Part shown: piece after piece, positions 1-7,626 of the stretch | Layout: the number at the start of each line of letters is the position of its first letter | Numbering within the stretch: position 1 is the first letter of the stretch | Position numbers and translations under genes: made by a program | IMG/VR virus record: IMGVR_UViG_3300030372_000076 | Span: 1-27,742 of that record | Length of the DNA stretch: 27,742 nt | From: a virus | Lineage: Duplodnaviria; Caudoviricetes | Direction: 5' to 3' (one strand) | The notes under the pieces: generated by a model | What the model was told of the DNA's origin: nothing | The model's database searches: none | The model's input: the letters and a program-made list of their open reading frames with translations, nothing else

Positions 1-75
1 ACTGCTCAGAACTTATACTACGCACTACTAACTTTAGTTGTTGGACAGGGAATAGCAGACATTGCAAAAAAATAA
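1..75 (+). CDS. 3' end of the holin-like gene (same protein as 27026-27217), partial
   Basis: Frame 1 reads TAQNLYYALLTLVVGQGIADIAKK*, identical to the C-terminus of 27026-27217. Confidence 0.85.
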   Translation, partial: TAQNLYYALLTLVVGQGIADIAKK

Positions 76-102
76 TAGATACAGATTAAAGCCACACGAA
101 AT
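1..102 (+). repeat. Terminal direct repeat, left copy (matches 27143-27247)
   Basis: 1-68 is identical to 27143-27210. Homology continues to ...AAGCCACACGAAAT (102/27247) with one A/G substitution and a 3-nt indel. Confidence 0.95.
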
Positions 103-790
103 AGTGGCACTACAAAAAATGCGAGAAGCCGACACTAGGAATGTCCTGTGTGTTGGCGATTTGCATTGTCCGTGGGATCTAGATGAATACCTTCCTTGGG
201 TTTTAGAACAGGTAGATATATATAATATTAATCAGATAATATTTATAGGAGACCTACTGGACTCAGCAGGATATGCATATCACGAGCAAAACCCTGATTT
301 ACCTTCAGCAGGCGATGAATTAAACTATGCTATTGAAAGGGTGCAAAGATGGTACAAAGAGTTCAACGAGATAGGAACTAAAGTAATTATTGGAAACCAC
401 GATAGAATGGCTGCACGTAAAGCTATGACAGGTGGTATTCCATCAGCCTGGTTAAAATCATATTCAGAAGTTTTAGGAACTCCTAACTGGGAATTTGTAG
501 AAAGATATGTACAAGATGGAGTACAATATGTACACGGTGAAGGTGGTACAGCTAGAACAAAATGTCGTGCTGATATGATGAATACAGTACAAGGTCATTT
601 ACATACTCAATGCTACACCGAACACTATGTTGGTAGAAACTTTAGAGTATTTGGCTGTCAAGTGGGTACAGGCATAGACTTTACAAATCTTAGCTTTAAT
701 TACGCTAAGGCAGGTAAAAAACCTGCTATCGGTTGTGCTGTTGTACTTAATAACGGAACTTTACCTATTAATCTTTTGATGCCTTTATAA
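62..790 (+). CDS. Calcineurin-like metallophosphoesterase, allele A
   Basis: Motifs GDLH, GDLLD, GNHD, VHG and GHLH appear in canonical order. The TTG start overlaps the upstream holin-like gene. Confidence 0.9.
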   Translation: MQKNNRYRLKPHEIVALQKMREADTRNVLCVGDLHCPWDLDEYLPWVLEQVDIYNINQIIFIGDLLDSAGYAYHEQNPDLPSAGDELNYAIERVQRWYKEFNEIGTKVIIGNHDRMAARKAMTGGIPSAWLKSYSEVLGTPNWEFVERYVQDGVQYVHGEGGTARTKCRADMMNTVQGHLHTQCYTEHYVGRNFRVFGCQVGTGIDFTNLSFNYAKAGKKPAIGCAVVLNNGTLPINLLMPL

Positions 791-867
791 TGAAAGACAA
801 AATCTCTTGGCAGCTTTACTTATTATACACAATTATAATAATAGCCATTTTAAGCCTATCTGTATAA
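790..867 (+). CDS. Putative 25-aa membrane peptide (MKDKISWQLYLLYTIIIIAILSLSV)
   Basis: TAATG overlap with the upstream stop; one hydrophobic segment; below the ORF-track cutoff. Confidence 0.5.
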   Translation: MKDKISWQLYLLYTIIIIAILSLSV

Positions 868-947
868 CCTCTAAGACACTTTTACCCCTTTCTAATACCC
901 TTATACTATAACACGCTTACAAGAGCTTAAAACAAACATTATTATTA

Positions 948-995
948 TTGTTGATTACTTTGTTAATAACTTTGTAAGTAATTTTGTTAGTAATT
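948..995 (+). repeat. Four tandem imperfect 12-mers, DnaA-box-like, putative operator
   Basis: TTGTTGATTACT / TTGTTAATAACT / TTGTAAGTAATT / TTGTTAGTAATT at an exact 12-bp period. Confidence 0.65.
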
Positions 996-1014
996 AAAAA
1001 GTTTTGTATCTTTG
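983..1014 (+). promoter_or_regulatory. Bacteroidota housekeeping-sigma (early) promoter
   Basis: TTTG (983-986), a 20-nt spacer and TATCTTTG (1007-1014) match the established -33/-7 consensus TTTG-N19-21-TAnnTTTG. It lies directly upstream of the first early gene. Confidence 0.8.
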
Positions 1015-1041
1015 CTTCATATTAATCAATAAAAAAGAATT

Positions 1042-1269
1042 ATGAAATTTACAAGTAAAAAAACAGGCAAATCTTTTATAATAACTGGAAAAGCTGCTGC
1101 TGACTTTTTGTATGCTAAAAATGCAAGAGGTCAATTTATTAATGACTTAGATAGTTACTATATAAATAAGAAAGATGACATAAGTCAAGTTAAGTTTTTC
1201 TTAGGATGTGTTGGTATGACTATGTTAGCTATTGGATCAATCTTATTACACTTACAATGGAACTTCTAA
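1042..1269 (+). CDS. Hypothetical early protein with a C-terminal transmembrane segment
   Basis: ORF follows the early promoter; A-rich leader; hydrophobic tail FFLGCVGMTMLAIGSILLHL. Confidence 0.7.
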   Translation: MKFTSKKTGKSFIITGKAAADFLYAKNARGQFINDLDSYYINKKDDISQVKFFLGCVGMTMLAIGSILLHLQWNF

Positions 1270-1271
1270 AT

Positions 1272-1553
1272 ATGAAATTAAAATGTCAAACTTTTGAGTT
1301 TTATTCAAACGGTGAATATAGAGATGTTAGGGTGTTAGATTCAAACACGGCTACTTATGGAACTGATATTAAAGAAATAAGTAAAGTAATAAGAATTTTA
1401 GGAACACAAGAACAAATAGACAAAGCTCTTGATGATTATTGTCAAGTTAGTGGGCTAAATTTAGATGAAGCATTCAACTTTACAGATAAAGATAAAATAA
1501 AAGAATATACAAAACACTATAAAAACAAAGGACTAATAATTAATTTAATATGA
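1272..1553 (+). CDS. Hypothetical protein (start moved to ATG 1272)
   Basis: ATG lies 2 nt after the previous stop; ATGA overlap with the next gene. Confidence 0.7.
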   Translation: MKLKCQTFEFYSNGEYRDVRVLDSNTATYGTDIKEISKVIRILGTQEQIDKALDDYCQVSGLNLDEAFNFTDKDKIKEYTKHYKNKGLIINLI

Positions 1554-1942
1554 AAACTGAAAAACTAAAAGAAAAGTATTTAAAATACGGATTAGAAAAA
1601 GCTGATGTTTTTAAACATCAACACTATATAATTATCACAAGATCAGGAATTGAAAAGATTGCTGCTATTGAAAATATAAACATACATTATGAAGTTGTAA
1701 AATGCGAAACTAATTTTGCTGCTGTAAAATCTATTGCAACAAAAGATACTAATACTATTGAAACTTATGGATCAGCTTTAAAAGGCAATACATTTAAAGA
1801 GGGTAATACGAATAGTTGGTATGTATTAGAAATGGCACAGAAACGGAGTTTTAGCAGGGCTGTTCTTCAGCTTACTGGAATGTATGAGCTTGGCGTATTT
1901 GGAGAGGATGAAAGCGAGGAATTTAAAAAGAGTAATAACTAA
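1550..1942 (+). CDS. Conserved phage protein, possibly a single-strand annealing/recombination protein
   Basis: GSA...EMAQKRSFSRAVL motif and acidic tail (GEDESEEF), located just upstream of an SSB-like gene. Function is inferred. Confidence 0.45.
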   Translation: MKTEKLKEKYLKYGLEKADVFKHQHYIIITRSGIEKIAAIENINIHYEVVKCETNFAAVKSIATKDTNTIETYGSALKGNTFKEGNTNSWYVLEMAQKRSFSRAVLQLTGMYELGVFGEDESEEFKKSNN

Positions 1943-1952
1943 ATAAAAAATT

Positions 1953-2117
1953 ATGACAATACCTTTAAACAGTATTAATAAACAAGAAACAGAAAGTAAA
2001 ATTAATACTTTAAAAAAAGATAACGAAAGGCTAAGAGATTATAATACCAAATTAAAACTAGACCTTATAGAGATAAAAAAAACAATTAATCAAATATTAA
2101 CAATAATAAATAAATAA
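1953..2117 (+). CDS. Putative 54-aa coiled-coil protein
   Basis: MTIPLNSINKQETESKINTLKKDNERLRDYNTKLKLDLIEIKKTINQILTIINK fills the intergenic gap; stop is 2 nt before the next ATG. Confidence 0.65.
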   Translation: MTIPLNSINKQETESKINTLKKDNERLRDYNTKLKLDLIEIKKTINQILTIINK

Positions 2118-2119
2118 AA

Positions 2120-2440
2120 ATGCAAATTAAAGGAACATTAGTAAAAAAACTAAAAGTAGAAGCAGGAACATCTAAAGCTGGTAAGGCTTGGCAAAGTCAA
2201 TTGTGTATAATAGATACTGACTTAGATTACAAAAATCAGGTAGCTATAAAATTTATGGGCGATAAAATATCTTTATTAGACAATGTTAATGAAGGCGATC
2301 ATGTTACTGTAAGCTGTAATGTATATTCAAGAGAATATAATGGTAGATTTTATAACAATATAGATGGCTGGAAAATATCTAGTGCTGCAACTGAATCTGG
2401 TTTTGTAACAACAGATGATAATGACAACATGCCTTTCTAA
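2120..2440 (+). CDS. DUF3127-family OB-fold ssDNA-binding protein
   Basis: GTSKAGKAW...SREYNGRFYNNIDGWKI pattern and SSB-like acidic tail DDNDNMPF. Confidence 0.8.
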   Translation: MQIKGTLVKKLKVEAGTSKAGKAWQSQLCIIDTDLDYKNQVAIKFMGDKISLLDNVNEGDHVTVSCNVYSREYNGRFYNNIDGWKISSAATESGFVTTDDNDNMPF

Positions 2441-2441
2441 T

Positions 2442-2951
2442 ATGACACACGAATTAAACTTCAAAGCAATATGCAATCTTGCCACAAGAGTGATGAGATT
2501 GCCTAAAAATTCTTTAGCATCAAAAACTAGGAAAAGAAACATACAAGCAGTACGATCTATTGCAGGTTATATAGGATTAACTGAGGAGAATATACCTAGA
2601 CACATAGTGGCTAAAGTTTTAAACAGAGATCGGTGTATAACTTACCATTATGTAAGTCATCACAAAAAAAACTTCAAACATTGCAGTATTTACAGAACAG
2701 CTTTTGACAAAATATATCAAGCGTATAAAGATATTGATGGTAGCAAGAAAATATTTACAGATAAGCATTTTATGAAAAGTCATTTGCTACAAAATGGTGT
2801 TGTTGAAAAGTTAGAATCTGATGTTACACTAGAAGTAACAAGTGGTCAAACTACTTGTAAAATTAAAACTTCTTACTTTGATTTTTCTAATCAATTAGAA
2901 AAGGTTAAGTTAGCACTCGAAAATTATCACTTTACAATAAAAATAATTTAA
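2442..2951 (+). CDS. Protein with a DnaA domain IV-like helix-turn-helix (start moved to ATG 2442)
   Basis: LASKTRKRNIQAVRSIAGYI...IVAKVLNRDRCITYH resembles the DnaA C-terminal DNA-binding domain (S..R.R.....R..A.Y......I...F.RDH.TV.H). No AAA+ domain. Confidence 0.6.
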   Translation: MTHELNFKAICNLATRVMRLPKNSLASKTRKRNIQAVRSIAGYIGLTEENIPRHIVAKVLNRDRCITYHYVSHHKKNFKHCSIYRTAFDKIYQAYKDIDGSKKIFTDKHFMKSHLLQNGVVEKLESDVTLEVTSGQTTCKIKTSYFDFSNQLEKVKLALENYHFTIKII

Positions 2952-3589
2952 TGCAAAAACCAAACTACTTTGCAAATATACCTGCTCACGTTAGATACTC
3001 TGATATAACTCCAAATGCTAAATTGTTATATGCAGAAATAACTGCATTACTGCAAATGAATGGTGTTTGTTTTGCATCTAATAAATACTTTAGTGCTTTA
3101 TATAATAAGAATAAAACAACAATATCTAGATGGATAAGTGAATTAAAAGAAAATGGGTTTATTAAAGTTACTTATACATATAAAGAAGGTACTAGCGAAA
3201 TTGATAATAGGTATATACAAATTTGCTATGACGGTATTAGCAAAAATGAGAGGGGGGTATTTGCAAAAATGCTAAAGAGTAATACTACAATAAATAATAC
3301 TAATCTTACAGATAGTAATAAAAAGGCGTTTTTTAAAAAACCAAGTGTTATTGATATTGTAGATTATTGTAAAGAAAGAAATAATAATATAGATGCAGAG
3401 GCGTTTATAGATTTTTATGAAAGCAAAGATTGGAAAATTGGCAAGAATAAAATGAAAGATTGGAAAGCTGCTGTAAGAACTTGGGAACGCAGAGAAACTA
3501 ACAAACCGCAATCAATGAGCAAGATACACCAGCACTTGCAAAAAAACTTAAACGTTAAAGAAAAATTAAAAAAACAATTTAACCAATGA
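2951..3589 (+). CDS. Phage replication initiator (N-terminal winged HTH, lambda O/replisome-organizer-like)
   Basis: YFANIPAHVRY...AKLLYAEI...CFASNKYF...TISRWISELKENGFI N-terminus; FIDFYESKDW..GKNKMKDWKAAVRTWE C-terminus; internal iterons. Confidence 0.8.
   Translation: MQKPNYFANIPAHVRYSDITPNAKLLYAEITALLQMNGVCFASNKYFSALYNKNKTTISRWISELKENGFIKVTYTYKEGTSEIDNRYIQICYDGISKNERGVFAKMLKSNTTINNTNLTDSNKKAFFKKPSVIDIVDYCKERNNNIDAEAFIDFYESKDWKIGKNKMKDWKAAVRTWERRETNKPQSMSKIHQHLQKNLNVKEKLKKQFNQ
3188..3330 (+). other. Putative iteron-type replication origin inside the initiator gene
   Basis: Four 16-mers: GGTACTAGCGAAATTG (3188), GGTATATACAAATTTG (3210), GGTATTAGCAAAAATG (3233) and GGTATTTGCAAAAATG (3256), spaced 22/23/23 bp and followed by an AT-rich tract. 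Confidence 0.7.
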
Positions 3590-3954
3590 AATTAATTAAA
3601 AAAATGTCAACTGAAGATCTTTTATTATCATCAGTAGATTTAATTAGTAAGACCTACATAGAGCTAGGACAAAACAATGTAGAAGAAGAAACAATAGAAG
3701 TTATGTCTAAAAGTCTTGCTGATGATTTAAAAAGAATGTATAAGAATTTTTATTTTGAAGATGCAGAAAAAGCATTCAGCTTAGGTGTTAGGAGTCCAAT
3801 AACAAGTGATTTTTTACATTTAACTGTGCCAACTTATATGAAGTGGCTAAGAAAGCATCAAGAATTAATTTGGGATGCAAGATCAAGAGTAGACAAAGGA
3901 GAGAACCCTAAACAAGTGCCACATTACAGACCAGAACCAAAATTATTAACATAA
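3586..3954 (+). CDS. Hypothetical protein, possible helicase loader by position
   Basis: ATGA-coupled to the initiator, in the lambda P position. No diagnostic motif. Confidence 0.45.
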   Translation: MKLIKKMSTEDLLLSSVDLISKTYIELGQNNVEEETIEVMSKSLADDLKRMYKNFYFEDAEKAFSLGVRSPITSDFLHLTVPTYMKWLRKHQELIWDARSRVDKGENPKQVPHYRPEPKLLT

Positions 3955-3968
3955 AAACAATTAAAACA

Positions 3969-4184
3969 ATGAAAGCAATGAAACCTGTACCTGTTGAAAT
4001 ATTTATGAATCAATTAAAAGTAAATCGTAAAAATCAATCTAAGATAGATTGGCAAGAAACTTTTATAGAATATATAAAAGAAAATAATATAGATTTATAC
4101 GACAAAGCAATTAAATATACAAATAATTTAGAAGCTAATGATTATTTTACAGAAGAAGAAAAGCAAAAATGGGGAATGAAATAA
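3969..4184 (+). CDS. Hypothetical protein
   Basis: Co-oriented ORF with an A-rich leader. Confidence 0.65.
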   Translation: MKAMKPVPVEIFMNQLKVNRKNQSKIDWQETFIEYIKENNIDLYDKAIKYTNNLEANDYFTEEEKQKWGMK

Positions 4185-4209
4185 AAATACTAATTAAAAT
4201 TAATAACAT

Positions 4210-4286
4210 AAAAAGAGGGTTAAAACCAATATAAATATTAATCTGTGAGAAGTTATACTTTGTAAAGGTTAACCCCCTCTTTTTTT
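4210..4286 (+). terminator. Long-range stem with U-tract (terminator/attenuator-like)
   Basis: AAAAAGAGGG (4210-4219) pairs with CCCTCTTTTT (4275-4284). The enclosed region is about 55 nt and a T7 run follows the CCCTC. Confidence 0.45.
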
Positions 4287-4299
4287 AAAACTAAATAAT

Positions 4300-4362
4300 A
4301 TGATCGGATGGGTAATAATAACAGCTATTGGAATGTGGCTAATAAGACAAATACGAGAATGA
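4300..4362 (+). CDS. Putative 20-aa membrane micropeptide (MIGWVIITAIGMWLIRQIRE)
   Basis: Hydrophobic helix with a charged tail; ATGA overlap with the ATG at 4359. Confidence 0.5.
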   Translation: MIGWVIITAIGMWLIRQIRE

Positions 4363-4670
4363 AAACAAAAGAAATAGTAAAAGAATTACTAACTCAAAAG
4401 CCCCATCTAAGAGATGATGACAATAGACTTATATGCACTTATTGGTGGAGAGAATTAAAAGCCAAAGGAGTTGATCCTAACAAAATAAATGGATTAGAGT
4501 TTATGCAGATGTTCGCTAATAATAAACTTACAAACTTAAAAACAATTGAAAGAATGCGTAGGAAACTACAAGAAGATTGTCCACAATTAAGGGGTAAAAT
4601 ATATGCTGCAAGAAAAGGAAAGATGCAAGATAAATGGCGAAAAGACTTAGGATATGAAGTCTATAAGTAA
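4359..4670 (+). CDS. Conserved hypothetical phage protein (start moved to ATG 4359)
   Basis: PHLRDDDNRLI...TIERMRRKLQE..PQLRG; basic and possibly DNA-binding. Confidence 0.7.
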   Translation: MKTKEIVKELLTQKPHLRDDDNRLICTYWWRELKAKGVDPNKINGLEFMQMFANNKLTNLKTIERMRRKLQEDCPQLRGKIYAARKGKMQDKWRKDLGYEVYK

Positions 4671-5061
4671 GCTAAAAAAAGAATTAGATAAATGGTTTAG
4701 TCTTTACATAAGACTAAGAGATGCAACTATTGAAGGTATGGTGCAATGCTTTACTTGCGGTTCTGTCAAGCATTATAAGTCAGGAATGCAATGCGGTCAT
4801 TTTCAATCAAGAAGTTTTTTAGCTACAAGATTTGATGAAGTTAACTGTCAGCCGCAATGCGTTGGCTGTAATATGTTTAAACAAGGAGAACAATATAAAT
4901 TTGCTTTAGGATTAGATTCTAAATATGGAGAAGGCACAGCACAAGAACTACAATATTTAGCCAAAACTATTGTTAAGTTTTCTAGAGTAGATTATGATGA
5001 AAAGATTAGTTATTACAAAAAAGCTGTTGATAACTTAAAAAAAGAAAAGGGAATTGAATAA
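4654..5061 (+). CDS. ninG: NinG/Rap-like recombination endonuclease
   Basis: LDKWFSLYIRLRD, CFTCG, CGHF.SR, RFDE.NC..QC..CN signature. Confidence 0.85.
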   Translation: MKSISKLKKELDKWFSLYIRLRDATIEGMVQCFTCGSVKHYKSGMQCGHFQSRSFLATRFDEVNCQPQCVGCNMFKQGEQYKFALGLDSKYGEGTAQELQYLAKTIVKFSRVDYDEKISYYKKAVDNLKKEKGIE

Positions 5062-5079
5062 ATTATTGTTATAAATTTG
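5054..5079 (+). promoter_or_regulatory. Possible second host-sigma promoter ahead of the sigma-factor operon
   Basis: TAAATTTG (5072-5079) fits TAnnTTTG, but the nearest TTG is only 15 nt upstream, which is short. Confidence 0.3.
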
Positions 5080-5082
5080 AAT

Positions 5083-5439
5083 ATGCAAACTGCAATATAT
5101 TCAAGCGAGCAACATAAACAGATCATTGAAATATACGTTGAATTGTGTAAACAATTTGCACAAGAAGTATCAACAAAAACCAGATACCAGAATTATTTAG
5201 ATGTATTGCAATTGATAGTAGATTACTCAAATGGATATGGCGAAGGTGTAAGAGAAAATAATTTCTATGATTGGATAATGATACTGCCTATAAACTTATC
5301 AGTTATGACAAGTGGTTTTTTAGCAGGTATAGAAACTAAAAAAAATGCAGCAGTTGTAAGAGCATATAAAGTAGTGTTAGATCAAATGCTACAAGAAACA
5401 GTAGCAAAGCTAGACAGATTAGAACCTACAAATGACTAA
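5083..5439 (+). CDS. Hypothetical protein upstream of the sigma factor
   Basis: Predicted helical ORF. ATG 5083 is preferred over TTG 5077; it overlaps the start of the sigma gene. Confidence 0.7.
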   Translation: MQTAIYSSEQHKQIIEIYVELCKQFAQEVSTKTRYQNYLDVLQLIVDYSNGYGEGVRENNFYDWIMILPINLSVMTSGFLAGIETKKNAAVVRAYKVVLDQMLQETVAKLDRLEPTND

Positions 5440-6013
5440 CATTTACATAGAAATATCAAAGTTAACAGATCAATTTAGGACTATGGCTTATGGTATTACT
5501 AATGATGAAAACAAAATACACGAGGCAGTACAGGAGTTGATGCTCTATTTTTTACAAATGAATAAACAGACACTATCAAATATATGGGATAAAGATGGTG
5601 TCAATGGAATTTTAAGATATGGTGCAGTTGCATTAAGAAGGGCATTAACAAGTAAAAGAAGTAATTTTTATTATAAATATGAAAAATATTATACGCATAT
5701 TGACAGCACTATTTATTCTACCAATAACACTAACGTGGATAGCTATACAATATCTGGCAATTATCATCATAAAGATATATCAAACATTGCAAACGAAAAA
5801 GTAGATCATGAAAGGCTTAACAAGTTAGAAAAGATTGATTGTGTTCTTGATAATTTGCATTGGTATGATGCAGAATTATTTAAGCTATATTATTATGAAG
5901 GTAATACGCTTGATTCACTAGCTGCAAAAACAAAGATTAGTAGAAACAGCTTGTTTACGACAATAGATAAAGTAAGATCAATAATAAAAGATGAATTAGA
6001 TGAAAATGTATGA
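5432..6013 (+). CDS. Phage-encoded ECF-like sigma-70 family factor
   Basis: Region 2-like MAYGITNDENKIHEAVQELMLYFL and region 4 HTH LDNLHWYDAELFKLYYYEGNTLDSLAAKTKISRNSLFTTIDKVR; 193 aa. Confidence 0.8.
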   Translation: MTNIYIEISKLTDQFRTMAYGITNDENKIHEAVQELMLYFLQMNKQTLSNIWDKDGVNGILRYGAVALRRALTSKRSNFYYKYEKYYTHIDSTIYSTNNTNVDSYTISGNYHHKDISNIANEKVDHERLNKLEKIDCVLDNLHWYDAELFKLYYYEGNTLDSLAAKTKISRNSLFTTIDKVRSIIKDELDENV

Positions 6014-6152
6014 TCCGAAAAAAAAAGATAGCTTTGTAATGCAGTTTGGTTTTTCTTACCCATACCCATTTTCAAAAGATAAAACATTAATAAGAAAATA
6101 TGAAGTTTCTAGTACCAAATGGAATCTACAAGGATCGCATAGAAATATGTAA
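6000..6152 (+). CDS. Possible 50-aa hypothetical protein
   Basis: MKMYDPKKKDSFVMQFGF... spans the gap between flanking genes and overlaps both. Confidence 0.4.
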   Translation: MKMYDPKKKDSFVMQFGFSYPYPFSKDKTLIRKYEVSSTKWNLQGSHRNM

Positions 6153-6510
6153 AGCATGCTCTTACTATTTGCCTTTGCTAGGTAATTGTGGTGTATGTAA
6201 ATGCTTTATGAAAATAAAGGCAAGATTAGCACCTATGGGTTGTCCTAAGAACTATTGGCAAAAAACAACAGAAATAGAAACACCAGATAATTTGCCACAA
6301 TACATAATAGATGAAATATTAGATATGTGGAAAGATTTAAAAACAGGAAGGGCAAAAGATGCACAAGCTAAAGCAAGAATGATAGAAACTTATAATATAA
6401 TACACAGCACAAATTACAGTCCTACTACTAATTGTGGATCATGTATTGCAACGTGCTTTGATGAAATAAAAAAATTATATAAAAAATATAGCAATGAAAA
6501 CAAACTATAA
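6100..6510 (+). CDS. Cys-rich putative metal-binding protein (DUF6171-like N-terminus)
   Basis: R.EICKAC...CGVCKCFM..K......CP..YW plus a C-terminal NCGSC. Confidence 0.65.
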   Translation: MKFLVPNGIYKDRIEICKACSYYLPLLGNCGVCKCFMKIKARLAPMGCPKNYWQKTTEIETPDNLPQYIIDEILDMWKDLKTGRAKDAQAKARMIETYNIIHSTNYSPTTNCGSCIATCFDEIKKLYKKYSNENKL

Positions 6511-6751
6511 AAAAACACCAGAGCCTAATTATTATGTTGGCACTACTTATGGCTACTCTGCTAGGCGTGTTGTAGAGGATTACGAATTGACTTATAATGT
6601 AGGTACAGCAGTTTCTTATTTATTAAGAGCAGGTAAAAAAGAGGGAAACCCAGCAGATCAAGATATACAAAAGGCAATAAATCATTTGCAGTTTGAGCTT
6701 GACAGATTGTGTTCAGAAAGAAAAATATTAACTGGATCAATAGCAGAATGA
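6494..6751 (+). CDS. DUF3310-family protein (T7 gp1.7 nucleotide-kinase-like)
   Basis: PNYY...YNVGTAVSYLLRAGKK....QDIQKAINHL pattern. Confidence 0.75.
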   Translation: MKTNYKKTPEPNYYVGTTYGYSARRVVEDYELTYNVGTAVSYLLRAGKKEGNPADQDIQKAINHLQFELDRLCSERKILTGSIAE

Positions 6752-7008
6752 CACTATACAAATGCGAATGTTGTAAGCAAGAGAAAGAAATACTAAAAGC
6801 TACAATAGTATATAGAGATGGTAAGTGGGTAGCTAAAGAGGCTTTGTGTGAGTGTGGTAAATATATGGATAGTAAACCTAAAGAAGGGATGCCAAGTTTA
6901 AAAAGAACTGAAGCATCTTTAAGCAAAAAGAAAAGGGGGGATATGCTTTGGGATAGTGCTAAAGAAAAGCTGTGTGGAGAACGTGGAATTAACGAACCTT
7001 TTAAATAA
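6748..7008 (+). CDS. Zinc-ribbon protein (start moved to ATG 6748)
   Basis: MTLYKCECC...CECG; ATGA overlap with the upstream gene. Confidence 0.65.
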   Translation: MTLYKCECCKQEKEILKATIVYRDGKWVAKEALCECGKYMDSKPKEGMPSLKRTEASLSKKKRGDMLWDSAKEKLCGERGINEPFK

Positions 7009-7199
7009 TGAGTAAGCGAAGATCAAAAACATACTTAAAAGCACTAACGAGTAAAGCTGTAAAATATTACTTTAAAAACTCAGATGTTACAATGAAGTCC
7101 ATAGCTGAAAAGTTTAGAATAAATCAAGAGATGTTAAGTGCTGGAATAAGTAAGGAATTAAAAAATAGATTTAACAATAGTTTAGCTAGAAAGTATTAA
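7008..7199 (+). CDS. Small basic HTH-like protein
   Basis: VTMKSIAEKFRINQEMLSAGIS HTH-like segment; TAATG coupling on both sides. Confidence 0.55.
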   Translation: MSKRRSKTYLKALTSKAVKYYFKNSDVTMKSIAEKFRINQEMLSAGISKELKNRFNNSLARKY

Positions 7200-7582
7200 T
7201 GAATTTTGTAGTAAATACAACACAAGATAAGCAAACGCTATTTAATTATTTAAAAGAATTAGGTAGTGACTATATAGTAAAGGTAAAAAAACAAAGAAAC
7301 AATAGATCAAATATGCAGAACAATTATTATTGGGCATGTATAGTACAACCATTAGCAAATGAGTTAGGGTATTTTCCAGATGAAATGCACGATACACTCA
7401 AAGTAAAGTTTGCTAGCGAATGGCAAAGCGTAGAGATAAACGAAAAGCAAATAGGACTTCAAACAGTAAATAGCACAGCAAGAATGAATACAAAAGAGTT
7501 TGAGATATATGCAGATCAAATAAGGATATGGGCGTTAACAGAACTAGGAATAAGATTAATGCTGCCAAATGAATATGAGTAA
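7199..7582 (+). CDS. NinB/Orf-like recombination-associated protein
   Basis: RSNMQNNYYWA...EMHDTLK...STARMNTKEF..Y...I pattern. Confidence 0.7.
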   Translation: MNFVVNTTQDKQTLFNYLKELGSDYIVKVKKQRNNRSNMQNNYYWACIVQPLANELGYFPDEMHDTLKVKFASEWQSVEINEKQIGLQTVNSTARMNTKEFEIYADQIRIWALTELGIRLMLPNEYE

Positions 7583-7595
7583 TTTCTATTATATA
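7566..7595 (+). promoter_or_regulatory. Putative late promoter 1 (terminase module)
   Basis: CAAATGAA-N11-TCTATTATATA. Confidence 0.75.
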
Positions 7596-7626
7596 ATAAC
7601 AACTTGATTAATCAAATTTTTTCAAA

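Noticed and set aside
948-995. Possible mini-CRISPR array
   Set aside because: The units are contiguous 12-mers without spacers, and there are no cas genes.
868-1041. tRNA or other known RNA gene in the largest intergenic region
   Set aside because: No cloverleaf, T-loop (GTTCRA) or other recognisable RNA family signature.
3943-3951. Isolated TTATTAACA DnaA-box-like 9-mer
   Set aside because: A single AT-rich 9-mer is expected by chance in a genome of this composition.
6018-6026. A9 run as a frameshift site
   Set aside because: It lies after the sigma stop codon, within a doubtful small ORF, and no shift links two credible reading frames.
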